Notes under the pieces: generated by a model | Database searches by the model: none | The model's input: the letters and a program-made list of their open reading frames with translations, nothing else | What the model was told of the DNA's origin: nothing | Source: Ignavibacteriota bacterium | GTDB lineage: Bacteria; Bacteroidota; Ignavibacteria; UBA10030 | Direction of reading: 5' to 3' | NCBI GenBank assembly: GCA_003170475.1 | Contig: PMZI01000026.1 | Span: 2,114 to 66,113 of the forward strand | Length of the DNA stretch: 64,000 bases | Made by a program: the position numbers and the translations under genes | Part shown: in pieces, positions 56,407-64,000 of the stretch | Layout of the letters: the number at the start of each line of letters is the position of its first letter | Numbering within the stretch: the stretch's first letter is position 1

Positions 56407-57648
56407 GTGCCCTTCGGTGAAAACATGACGTCACGAGAAAGAGTACTCACTGCATTAAATCATCGCGAGCCCGACCGTGTGCCGATTGATTGCTCCGGTC
56501 ATCGTTCTTCCGGGATCTCTGCCCTCCTCTATCCGAAACTGCGGCAATATCTGGGATTGCCTTCCCGGACTACCCGTGTCTATGATATCATTCAGCAGAT
56601 GGCCGTCCTCGATGACGACGTCTTGAATTACTTTGGCATAGACACCATTGAGTTGGGGCGCGGCTTTGCGATGCGAGATGAAGATTGGGCTCCCTGGGTT
56701 CTTCCGGATGGCACTCCCTGCGAAGTGCCTGCGTGGTCAGTCCCGGAGCGGGAACCGAAACGCTGGGTGATTCGATCCAACACGGGACGAGTCATCGCCC
56801 AAATGCCCGATGGTGCCCTCTATTTTGAGCAGACCTACTACCCGTTTTTCGAGAAAGCCAGTCTAGAGGAGATTCCGCAAGCTCAGGCCGAAAGCATGTG
56901 GACAGCAATCGCCTCACCACCGGGACCGCTGGTCCAGGGTCCTGGAGGAGATGATGTTTATCGTGAAGGCGCGAAGCGACTTCGCGAAAAGACAACGCGG
57001 GCAATTCTCGGCTTGTTTGGCGGGAATCTTCTGGAGATGGGGCAGTTCTTGTACCGAAATGACGGTTTTCTTCTCCTGCTGGCCGAAGACCCCGATCAAG
57101 CTCATGCATTTCTCGATCGCATTGTGGAAGCTCATCTGAAGAACCTTGAGCACTTCCTTAGTGTCGCAGGTCAGTTCATCGACGTTATTGTGTTTGGTGA
57201 TGATCTTGGCATGCAGAGCGGCCCGCAAATTTCGCCGGCAATGTATCGCGAGTTCTTCAAGCCACGCCATAAACTCATGTGGAATCGGGCGAAGAAGCTG
57301 GCAAATGTTAAGGTAATGCTCCACTGTTGCGGTGGGGTGAAGGAACTGCTTCCGGATCTCATAGACGCCGGGTTGGATGCCATCAATCCCGTCCAGATTA
57401 GCTGCAGCGGCATGGATGTCGCCGGCTTGAAAAGGGAATTTGGAAACGAGATGGTTTTCTGGGGCGGCGGATGTGATACGCAGCGAATACTTCCCCAGGG
57501 TACTCCGGAGGAAATACAGCGCCACGTGCGTCATCAGGTCGATATCCTCAAACGGGGCGGCGGGTTTGTATTTCAGCAGGTTCACAATGTTCTCGCCGAT
57601 GCTCCGCCCGAAAACGTCATCGCGATGTTCGAGGCAGTAAATTCATAA
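56407..57648 (+). CDS. Uroporphyrinogen decarboxylase (URO-D) family protein, possibly MtaA/CmuA-like methyltransferase type
   Basis: N-terminus RVLTALNHREPDRVPID and C-terminus GGGCDTQRILPQGTPEEIQRHVRHQVDILKRGGGFVFQQVHNV...PPENVIAM match the URO-D family ends. An HCCGG segment is a possible Zn site. There is an 11-nt gap after the HAL-like gene. Confidence 0.7.
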   Translation: MPFGENMTSRERVLTALNHREPDRVPIDCSGHRSSGISALLYPKLRQYLGLPSRTTRVYDIIQQMAVLDDDVLNYFGIDTIELGRGFAMRDEDWAPWVLPDGTPCEVPAWSVPEREPKRWVIRSNTGRVIAQMPDGALYFEQTYYPFFEKASLEEIPQAQAESMWTAIASPPGPLVQGPGGDDVYREGAKRLREKTTRAILGLFGGNLLEMGQFLYRNDGFLLLLAEDPDQAHAFLDRIVEAHLKNLEHFLSVAGQFIDVIVFGDDLGMQSGPQISPAMYREFFKPRHKLMWNRAKKLANVKVMLHCCGGVKELLPDLIDAGLDAINPVQISCSGMDVAGLKREFGNEMVFWGGGCDTQRILPQGTPEEIQRHVRHQVDILKRGGGFVFQQVHNVLADAPPENVIAMFEAVNS

Positions 57649-57845
57649 ACAAGGTCACCTTCTTCGAAGTCTGATCAGTGTCGAGGGTAGTCTTGAACCA
57701 AACTGGAACAAACTCCGGTTCTCTTGCCTTTCAATCGAATCTCCTGTAGCTTCGTCATATCTCTCACCACGTCGCTTGTCAGAGCACCGTTGCTGTCTCT
57801 CGTTGCTTTCAGAGTCTGAGTTACCTACAAAGAAGGATCACACCT

Positions 57846-58736
57846 ATGCAACGCAACATCCCTGTCCTCACCGTCTGCGAAAAAACCCTGGCCCAGGCTT
57901 ACGAAAAAGCGCTAGTGCAGCTCTACTTGAATGGAGTCCGTTTCAAAACGCAATATGATAAACCGGACGATCCGTTGAGCCTCGACTCGACCATGGATAT
58001 TACCGTCCTCGAGCCTCTTGCTGATCCGATGATTCACAAAGCATTTCCGGGTGGGATTGACGATTTGAAGGAATACACGATGGAGCTCATGGGAGCCAAA
58101 GATCATTGGGTGAAGAATATAAACGATCCCAAGGATACGCGATGGGAGTACACCTATCACGGTCGGATTGCGGCGTACGGGGCGTGGAAGGAACTCGTCG
58201 GCGGGACGTCTCAGCAGGCCGGATTTTTCTGCATCAATCAAATTGACGCTGTCATCGAGAAACTCGCGAAGCAGCCATTCACACGTCAGGCGCAAATGAT
58301 CACCTGGATGCCGAATATCGACATCTCATGCTACGATCCTCCGTGTTTGCAATCGCTCTGGTACAGAGTGCTGGAAGACGAGGAGGGCACTTGGTGGCTT
58401 AACTGCAACGTCAGATTCCGGAGCAATGATGCATGGGGGGCAAACTTCATGAACATGTTTGGCTTCATCCAGTTCAATAAGGAAATTATTGCGGCTGGCC
58501 TGTCCTCAAAAACCGGAAAGAAGGTTGACCTTGCGAGGTTGAACTGGCATGCCGACTCCTACCACATTTACGGGAAAGATATCGAGAGCGCTCGGAAAAT
58601 GTTGTTCGATAGGATCGACACCATGAGCTTTGATGAGCGCGTGTACAATTTCCAGGATGAATTCATCCAGGAGATGTACAACGGTGCGGAGGCGACGATC
58701 AAGCAGAAGATCAAAGAGTACGACGCCAGCCATTGA
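57846..58736 (+). CDS. Divergent thymidylate synthase (ThyA) family protein, function unknown
   Basis: Aligns to the ThyA core. It shows QIDAVIEKL (QIxxVIxxL), PPCLQSLWYRV (the catalytic Cys of PPCH..QFYV), CNVRFRSNDAWGANFMNMFGF (cf. [21 protein letters not shown]) and HADSYHIYGKD (cf. GDTHLYSNH). The N-terminus is divergent. Confidence 0.6.
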   Translation: MQRNIPVLTVCEKTLAQAYEKALVQLYLNGVRFKTQYDKPDDPLSLDSTMDITVLEPLADPMIHKAFPGGIDDLKEYTMELMGAKDHWVKNINDPKDTRWEYTYHGRIAAYGAWKELVGGTSQQAGFFCINQIDAVIEKLAKQPFTRQAQMITWMPNIDISCYDPPCLQSLWYRVLEDEEGTWWLNCNVRFRSNDAWGANFMNMFGFIQFNKEIIAAGLSSKTGKKVDLARLNWHADSYHIYGKDIESARKMLFDRIDTMSFDERVYNFQDEFIQEMYNGAEATIKQKIKEYDASH

Positions 58737-58874
58737 TCCGGATCTTCTCTCGACGCAGAGCGTGGGAATGAGACAAACGTCATCCTGAACGACGTGAAGG
58801 ATCCGAATGGTGGTTTTACTGATACGCAGCATCGTGGGGAAGGCGACAGATTTCTCTTCAGGATTGAAACATCA

Positions 58875-61718
58875 ATGAAAACAAGATCTATTGTCTCGCT
58901 CGTCATTCTGTCATTGGCCTCGAATCTCGTCGTTGCGCAAGAGACTCGATCAACGATTGACCTCGCAGGGGAATGGAAATTCGGGATCGATAGTTCCGAC
59001 GTCGGTCTCGCGGAACATTGGTTTGCGAAGGATCTTTCAGAGGCTGTGACCCTGCCCGGATCGATGGCTCAAAATGGAAAGGGAGACGACGTCAGCGTCG
59101 ATACGAAGTGGACAGGAGGGATCGTCGACAGGAGTTGGTACACAGACAAGAAGTACGAGAAGTATCGCAAGCCCGGCAATGTGAAAGTCCCTTTTTGGTT
59201 AAATCCTGTGAAGGTGTATGTCGGACCTGCATGGTATCAGAAATCTGTCGACATTCCGCGAGGATGGCAGGGGAAGCATGTCGAGCTGTTCCTGGAGCGC
59301 TGTCATTGGGAAACTCGACTTTGGGTCGATGAACGCGAGATCGGCACGAACAATAGCTTGAGCACGCCGCACGTGTATGATCTTTCGATGGCTCTGACTG
59401 CAGGCAGACACCGGATCACCCTGCGTGTTGATAACCGAATCAAAGAGATCGACGTCGGACACAACGCACACAGCGTGAGTGATCACACTCAGACGAATTG
59501 GAATGGTATTGTCGGACACATCGAACTGCGTGCGAGCTCGCGACTCTTCATCTCCAATGTCACCATCGTTCCGGATCTTTCGACGAAGTCAGTGAGAGTG
59601 AAAATCTCGCTTGCGAATGAAACGGGAACTCCGCAGTCAGGAGTCCTTACCGTCTCGGCGAAGACCCCTCGTTTCCCAAACCTGAAACCAATTGACGCAC
59701 GACAGGTAGCGTTCACCATCGATGGGGACAACGCCCATATTGAAGACACGTATCCGATGGGAGACAGTCCGCTGCTTTGGGATGAATTCGAGCCCAATCT
59801 CTACCAGCTCCGGGTGGAACTGAAGGCGTCGTCGATTGTGTCTGATCGAAAAGTGGTTCAGTTCGGCATGCGGGAATTCAAAACTGCGGGGACGAGGTTT
59901 GCTATCAACGGTCGTCCTGTCTTCCTGCGTGGCACGCTCGAGTGCGCGATCTTCCCGGCGACGGGATATGCTTCGATGGATATCCACGAGTGGAAGCGCA
60001 TCTTCAAGGTCTGTAAGTCTTATGGATTAAACCATGTTCGGTTCCATTCATGGTGCCCGCCCGAAGCAGCGTTCGACGCTGCTGATCAGGAGGGCATCTA
60101 TCTTTATGTAGAGTGTTGTGCCTGGACAACCGTTGGTGATGGCAAGCCGTTTGATATCTGGCTCTTTGAGGAGAGCGAGAGGATCGTCACTCGGTACGGT
60201 AATCATCCGTCGTTCTGCATGATGTCGTATGGGAACGAGCCGTCCGGGATTAATCAATCCGCCTTTCTCGGCAAGTTTGTAAACTACTGGAAGGCAAAAG
60301 ACGCACGCCGGGTCTATACCAGCGGGGCCGGCTGGCCTCAGATAGCGGAAAGCGATTTTCACGTCACCGACAAGCCTCGCATTCAGCGATGGGGTGATGG
60401 ATTGAATAGCAGTATCAACAAGGAGCCGCCGACAACGGACTTCGATTTCCGTGAAATCATTTCGAAGTACGACAAGCCGGTGGTCAGCCACGAGATTGGA
60501 CAGTGGTGCGCCTACCCAAACTTCAAGGAGATCAGAAAATATACTGGTGTTCTCAGAGCGAAGAACTTTGAGATCTTTCAAGAAACGCTCCGTGAAAACC
60601 ATATGAGCGATCAGTCGAACAACTTCTTGATGGCCTCGGGTAAGCTTCAGGTGCTCTGCTACAAGGCTGATATCGAAGCAGCATTGCGAACACCGGGCAT
60701 GGCTGGATTTGAGCTTCTGGATCTGCACGACTTCCCCGGTCAGGGAACGGCCCTTGTTGGAGTGCTCGATCCGTTCTGGCAGGAGAAGGGATATGTGACG
60801 GCGAAAGAGTATTCGAGGTTCTGCAATTCGACGGTCCCGCTCGCGAGAATGAAGAAGAGAGTATATCTAAACAACGAGGAGTTTTCAGCCGACATTGAAG
60901 TAGCTCACTTTGGTTCTGAAACGCTGAAGAACGTCACGCCCTCCTGGCGGGTGAGAGACATGAAAGGGAAAACTGTCACCGCTGGATATTTACATGTCAC
61001 TGATATTCCAATCTCTAACTCGTTTTCGCTTGGGACTGTCCACGTTTCGCTCGCGGGAATTGTGTCGGCGACGAAGTTGAACCTGGAAATACGTGTCGGC
61101 CGGTTCTCGAACGATTGGGATTTCTGGGTGTATCCGGCTGTTCTCCCGGATGTCGACAACAAAGATGTGCTAGTGGCTCATGAGCTCAACGGCGAAGTCG
61201 AACAGGCTCTCGCCTCCGGAAAAACTGTGTTGTTGCTCCCGGACACCAGTGCTATCAATTCAACGGTTCCTGCTGGTTTCTCGAGTATTTTCTGGAACAC
61301 GGCGTGGACATCGAAGCAGCCACCGCACACGTTAGGCATTCTGTGTGATCCTCAACATCCGGCCTCGAAGTACTTCCCCACCGAATATCATTCAAACTGG
61401 CAGTGGTGGGATCTCATAACGAAGTCACGGGCGATGATCCTCGATTCACTGCCTCCGTCACTTCGCCCCCTCGTGCAAGTGGTCGACGATTGGTTCACGA
61501 ACCGAAAATTGGCGCTGGTGTTTGAGGGGAGAGTTGGGAAAGGGAAGATCCTCGTTTGCAGCATCGATTTGACGTCGACCCTTGGTCAGCGGGCCGTCGC
61601 CAGACAATTTCTTTTCAGCCTGAAGAAGTATGTTGGCAGTCGCGATTTTTCGCCAAAGCAGAATGTCGATCTCGCTTTGCTCAAGAGTGTCTTCAAGGCT
61701 TCCTCGGAGCCTCGATAA
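58875..61718 (+). CDS. Glycoside hydrolase family 2 protein (sugar-binding, Ig-like and TIM-barrel domains), secreted
   Basis: Signal peptide after the trimmed start. GH2 N-terminal sugar-binding domain (GEWKFGID...WYQKSVDIP...GRHRITLRVDN). TIM-barrel with NHVRFHSWCPPE and acid/base MMSYGNEPS. Confidence 0.75.
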   Translation: MKTRSIVSLVILSLASNLVVAQETRSTIDLAGEWKFGIDSSDVGLAEHWFAKDLSEAVTLPGSMAQNGKGDDVSVDTKWTGGIVDRSWYTDKKYEKYRKPGNVKVPFWLNPVKVYVGPAWYQKSVDIPRGWQGKHVELFLERCHWETRLWVDEREIGTNNSLSTPHVYDLSMALTAGRHRITLRVDNRIKEIDVGHNAHSVSDHTQTNWNGIVGHIELRASSRLFISNVTIVPDLSTKSVRVKISLANETGTPQSGVLTVSAKTPRFPNLKPIDARQVAFTIDGDNAHIEDTYPMGDSPLLWDEFEPNLYQLRVELKASSIVSDRKVVQFGMREFKTAGTRFAINGRPVFLRGTLECAIFPATGYASMDIHEWKRIFKVCKSYGLNHVRFHSWCPPEAAFDAADQEGIYLYVECCAWTTVGDGKPFDIWLFEESERIVTRYGNHPSFCMMSYGNEPSGINQSAFLGKFVNYWKAKDARRVYTSGAGWPQIAESDFHVTDKPRIQRWGDGLNSSINKEPPTTDFDFREIISKYDKPVVSHEIGQWCAYPNFKEIRKYTGVLRAKNFEIFQETLRENHMSDQSNNFLMASGKLQVLCYKADIEAALRTPGMAGFELLDLHDFPGQGTALVGVLDPFWQEKGYVTAKEYSRFCNSTVPLARMKKRVYLNNEEFSADIEVAHFGSETLKNVTPSWRVRDMKGKTVTAGYLHVTDIPISNSFSLGTVHVSLAGIVSATKLNLEIRVGRFSNDWDFWVYPAVLPDVDNKDVLVAHELNGEVEQALASGKTVLLLPDTSAINSTVPAGFSSIFWNTAWTSKQPPHTLGILCDPQHPASKYFPTEYHSNWQWWDLITKSRAMILDSLPPSLRPLVQVVDDWFTNRKLALVFEGRVGKGKILVCSIDLTSTLGQRAVARQFLFSLKKYVGSRDFSPKQNVDLALLKSVFKASSEPR

Positions 61719-61731
61719 CAATAACCGAACA

Positions 61732-63000
61732 ATGCCAGAACATCACAAGCCGGAGCAGGACAAAGGACAGAAGCCTCTCGAAAAAAGATCAAGGAGAGAG
61801 AGAACCTTTGCCGCACTGAAATATCCGAACTATCGCCTCTGGTTCCAGGGCCAGGTCGTGTCGCTCTTCGGCACGTGGATGCAGACCACAGCTCAAGGGT
61901 ATTTGATCTACGAACTGACGCACTCCCCTGCGTATCTGGGCTATGTCGGTTTTGCTGCTGGTGTCCCCACGTGGATCCTCACGCTGTATGGCGGCGTTAT
62001 TGCGGATAGGGTTCCCCGCCGGGCGCTCATGGTGATAACGCAAACGGCAATGATGGTGTTCGCGTTCATCCTTGCAGCCCTGACGTTTCTCCACGTTGTC
62101 GAACCGTGGCACGTCCTGGTACTCTCCTTCTTTCTCGGCGTCGCGAACTCATTCGATGCTCCCGCCCGGCAGGCCTTCGTGGGGGAGATGGTGGATCGCG
62201 AAGACCTGACGAATGCAATTGCTCTGAATGCAACCATGTTTCACACGGCCACGGCAATCGGACCTGCCGTCGCCGGCATTACCTATGCTTTGTTCGGACC
62301 CGGATGGTGTTTCACGATAAACGGCATCTCGTTCATCGCTGTCATTGTCGCGCTCAGAAGGATGAAGTTGAAGCCGCATGTTTACCCTTCGATGTCAGGG
62401 TCGGCTTTCAGTGAATTCAAAGAAGGGATACTGTACGTCGTCAAGCATAAAGTTGTCCGCGTCGTGATAGGGATTGTTGCCATGAACAGTATGTTCACAC
62501 TCTCACTCAATACGCTGGTTCCAGCCTGGTCTGTATCCGTTTTGGGGGGCGGTGCAACGACCAACGGGTTTCTGTACTCGGCCAGGGGTGTGGGGTCGCT
62601 CATCGGTGCGCTCATCATTGCGACCCTCGGTCGCATATCCTACCGGGGAAAGCTTGTAACCTTCGGGACGATTCTCACTCCGATTCTGCTTATGGCGTTT
62701 GCACTGTTCCACTGGCTGCCGGCATCCCTCGCGATTCTCGGCGGCATCGGCGTGGGAACGATCATGGTCATGAACCTGGCAAACGCGCTGGTCCAAACCT
62801 CAACTCCCGAGCATCTGCGCGGAAGAGTGATGGGGGCGTATACATGGATCTTTTTCGGCTTCATGCCTGTTGGATCATTATGGACGGGCGAGATAGCAAC
62901 AAGGGTTGGTCTTTCAGAGGCGGTCCTCATCAATGGGGGACTTGCGCTCCTCTGTGCGGTGAGCGTGTGGGTTTTCTTCCCGCATCTCCGGAGGCAATGA
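61732..63000 (+). CDS. MFS transporter, DHA3/EntS-like efflux family
   Basis: YPNYRLWFQGQVVSLFGTWMQ is the EntS-type N-terminal signature. 12 TM segments. Start 13 nt after the GH2 stop. Confidence 0.75.
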   Translation: MPEHHKPEQDKGQKPLEKRSRRERTFAALKYPNYRLWFQGQVVSLFGTWMQTTAQGYLIYELTHSPAYLGYVGFAAGVPTWILTLYGGVIADRVPRRALMVITQTAMMVFAFILAALTFLHVVEPWHVLVLSFFLGVANSFDAPARQAFVGEMVDREDLTNAIALNATMFHTATAIGPAVAGITYALFGPGWCFTINGISFIAVIVALRRMKLKPHVYPSMSGSAFSEFKEGILYVVKHKVVRVVIGIVAMNSMFTLSLNTLVPAWSVSVLGGGATTNGFLYSARGVGSLIGALIIATLGRISYRGKLVTFGTILTPILLMAFALFHWLPASLAILGGIGVGTIMVMNLANALVQTSTPEHLRGRVMGAYTWIFFGFMPVGSLWTGEIATRVGLSEAVLINGGLALLCAVSVWVFFPHLRRQ

Positions 63001-64000
63001 ACGTGAAGAGGTCCGTGGCGACGGCGGCGAAAATCTCCTTTCTCTTGATCCTGGCCTTCTCAGCCTTCGGATGCCAGGGAAATCCTGCCTCAGATGGAAG
63101 CACGACAAATTCGAAGTTCACTTACCGCGATCCCTATGCCTGGCCTGTGTCCACTCCCGCTGCTCAAGGACTCGACCAGGCCAAAGTCTCCGCGGCAGTG
63201 CAAGAGATCGGGAAGAACCCCTTCATTTACAGCTTCCTTGTGGTGCACAGTGATTCCCTCGTCCTTGAATATTACAACGGGTACCTCAAGGGAAATGATT
63301 TCGATATTCACTCTGCCACGAAGAGTCTTACATCGGCTCTCATTGGAATCGCGATCGATCAGGGATTGATTCGTTCCGTTCAGGACAAGATCCTCGGGTT
63401 CTTCCCGGACCTCGACACCTCCAATCTTGATCCGCGTAAACGTGACTGGACCATAGAACAGTTTCTGACGATGAGAAGCGGGATCGATTGGGATGAAACG
63501 GCGGATCACACCTCGACCTTCACACCCAGCGTCAATTGGATGTCCACGGCCCTCAAGCTCCCATTGGAATATTCGCCGGGAGATCGGTTTGTTTATACTA
63601 CACCGAATGCGAACGTCCTCTCCGGCATCGTGACACGCGTTTCCGGAATGTCGACGTACGATTTTGCGGAGAAGGTTCTCTTTCAGCCTCTCAAGATTTC
63701 TGTACGTGATTGGCTCACCGATCCGCAAGGTATTTATTCAGGGGGGAGCAGTTCGAGGTTCACTCCTCGGGATCTGGCGCGTCTCGGCCAGCTGTACCTG
63801 CACAATGGCATGATCGATGGGCGGCAAATCGTCTCAAAGGGATGGGTTCAGCAGTCGCTCATTTCCCGCAATCAGCAGAATCTGATATGGGGGGATTTCA
63901 CTTCCACGAACTACGGCTACCTGTGGTGGAATAACTATTCTTCCACAGATTCCGTTTTCATGGCTGCAGGTTTTGCCGGCCAATTCATCTTCGTCATCCC
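62997..64000 (+). CDS. Beta-lactamase-family serine hydrolase lipoprotein (partial, runs off window end)
   Basis: ATGA overlap with the MFS stop. Lipobox LAFSAFGC. S-x-x-K active site HSATKSL, YxN-like motif (YTTPNANV). The frame stays open to position 64000. Confidence 0.7.
   Translation, partial: MNVKRSVATAAKISFLLILAFSAFGCQGNPASDGSTTNSKFTYRDPYAWPVSTPAAQGLDQAKVSAAVQEIGKNPFIYSFLVVHSDSLVLEYYNGYLKGNDFDIHSATKSLTSALIGIAIDQGLIRSVQDKILGFFPDLDTSNLDPRKRDWTIEQFLTMRSGIDWDETADHTSTFTPSVNWMSTALKLPLEYSPGDRFVYTTPNANVLSGIVTRVSGMSTYDFAEKVLFQPLKISVRDWLTDPQGIYSGGSSSRFTPRDLARLGQLYLHNGMIDGRQIVSKGWVQQSLISRNQQNLIWGDFTSTNYGYLWWNNYSSTDSVFMAAGFAGQFIFVI

Noticed and set aside
1-64000. CRISPR arrays, integrases, transposases, prophage or defence-island genes.
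   Set aside because: No direct-repeat array and no recombinase or nuclease-like ORFs were found. Only the MITE-like element at 17.2 kb suggests past mobile activity.

Overview
This 64 kb window reads as a chromosomal segment from a Gram-negative bacterium, most likely of the Bacteroidota/Ignavibacteriota (FCB) type, at roughly 55-58% GC. The FCB assignment rests on a T9SS C-terminal sorting tail on an M1 peptidase, a sensor kinase with a periplasmic propeller (Y_Y_Y) domain, TonB-dependent receptors with carboxypeptidase-regulatory-like domains and lipoprotein signal peptides. Gene density is high and several operons show ATGA start/stop overlaps.

Main content, left to right:
- 0-10 kb: housekeeping and accessory enzymes, including two uncharacterised glycoside-hydrolase-like (GHL) TIM-barrel proteins, NDH-2, MobA, a hemerythrin-like protein, an alpha/beta hydrolase and a DUF169 protein.
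- 9.6-14 kb: an nnr-zwf-pgl-serA block.
- 14-17 kb: a TonB-dependent receptor followed by a periplasmic cupin.
- 17.2-17.5 kb: a roughly 300 bp MITE-like element with imperfect terminal inverted repeats.
- 26-32 kb: a four-gene minus-strand signalling operon. A propeller sensor kinase sits upstream of three receiver (REC) proteins: a stand-alone REC, a REC-PP2C phosphatase and a REC-serine-kinase-like protein. Together these resemble a split HsbR-type partner-switching cascade driven by a two-component system.
- 32-39 kb: secreted M3 and M1 peptidases and an acyl-CoA synthetase.
- 40-50 kb: a complete kdp locus in the unusual order kdpC, micro-ORF, kdpF, kdpA, kdpB, porin, hypothetical, kdpD, kdpE.
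- 50-52 kb: a DEAD-box helicase with a long leader.
- 53-59 kb: a GT4 glycosyltransferase, an orphan histidine-ammonia-lyase-like gene with A-C-G in place of the A-S-G MIO triad, a URO-D-family gene and a divergent thymidylate-synthase-family gene.
- 59-64 kb: a GH2, MFS and beta-lactamase-family operon.

No CRISPR array, integrase, transposase or rRNA/tRNA gene was recognised.

CDS coordinates follow the supplied ORF track, with starts trimmed to internal Met where a signal peptide or RBS supports it. At a few line junctions the printed sequence is 1 nt out of register with the track, so non-CDS coordinates read from the text are approximate to a few nt.
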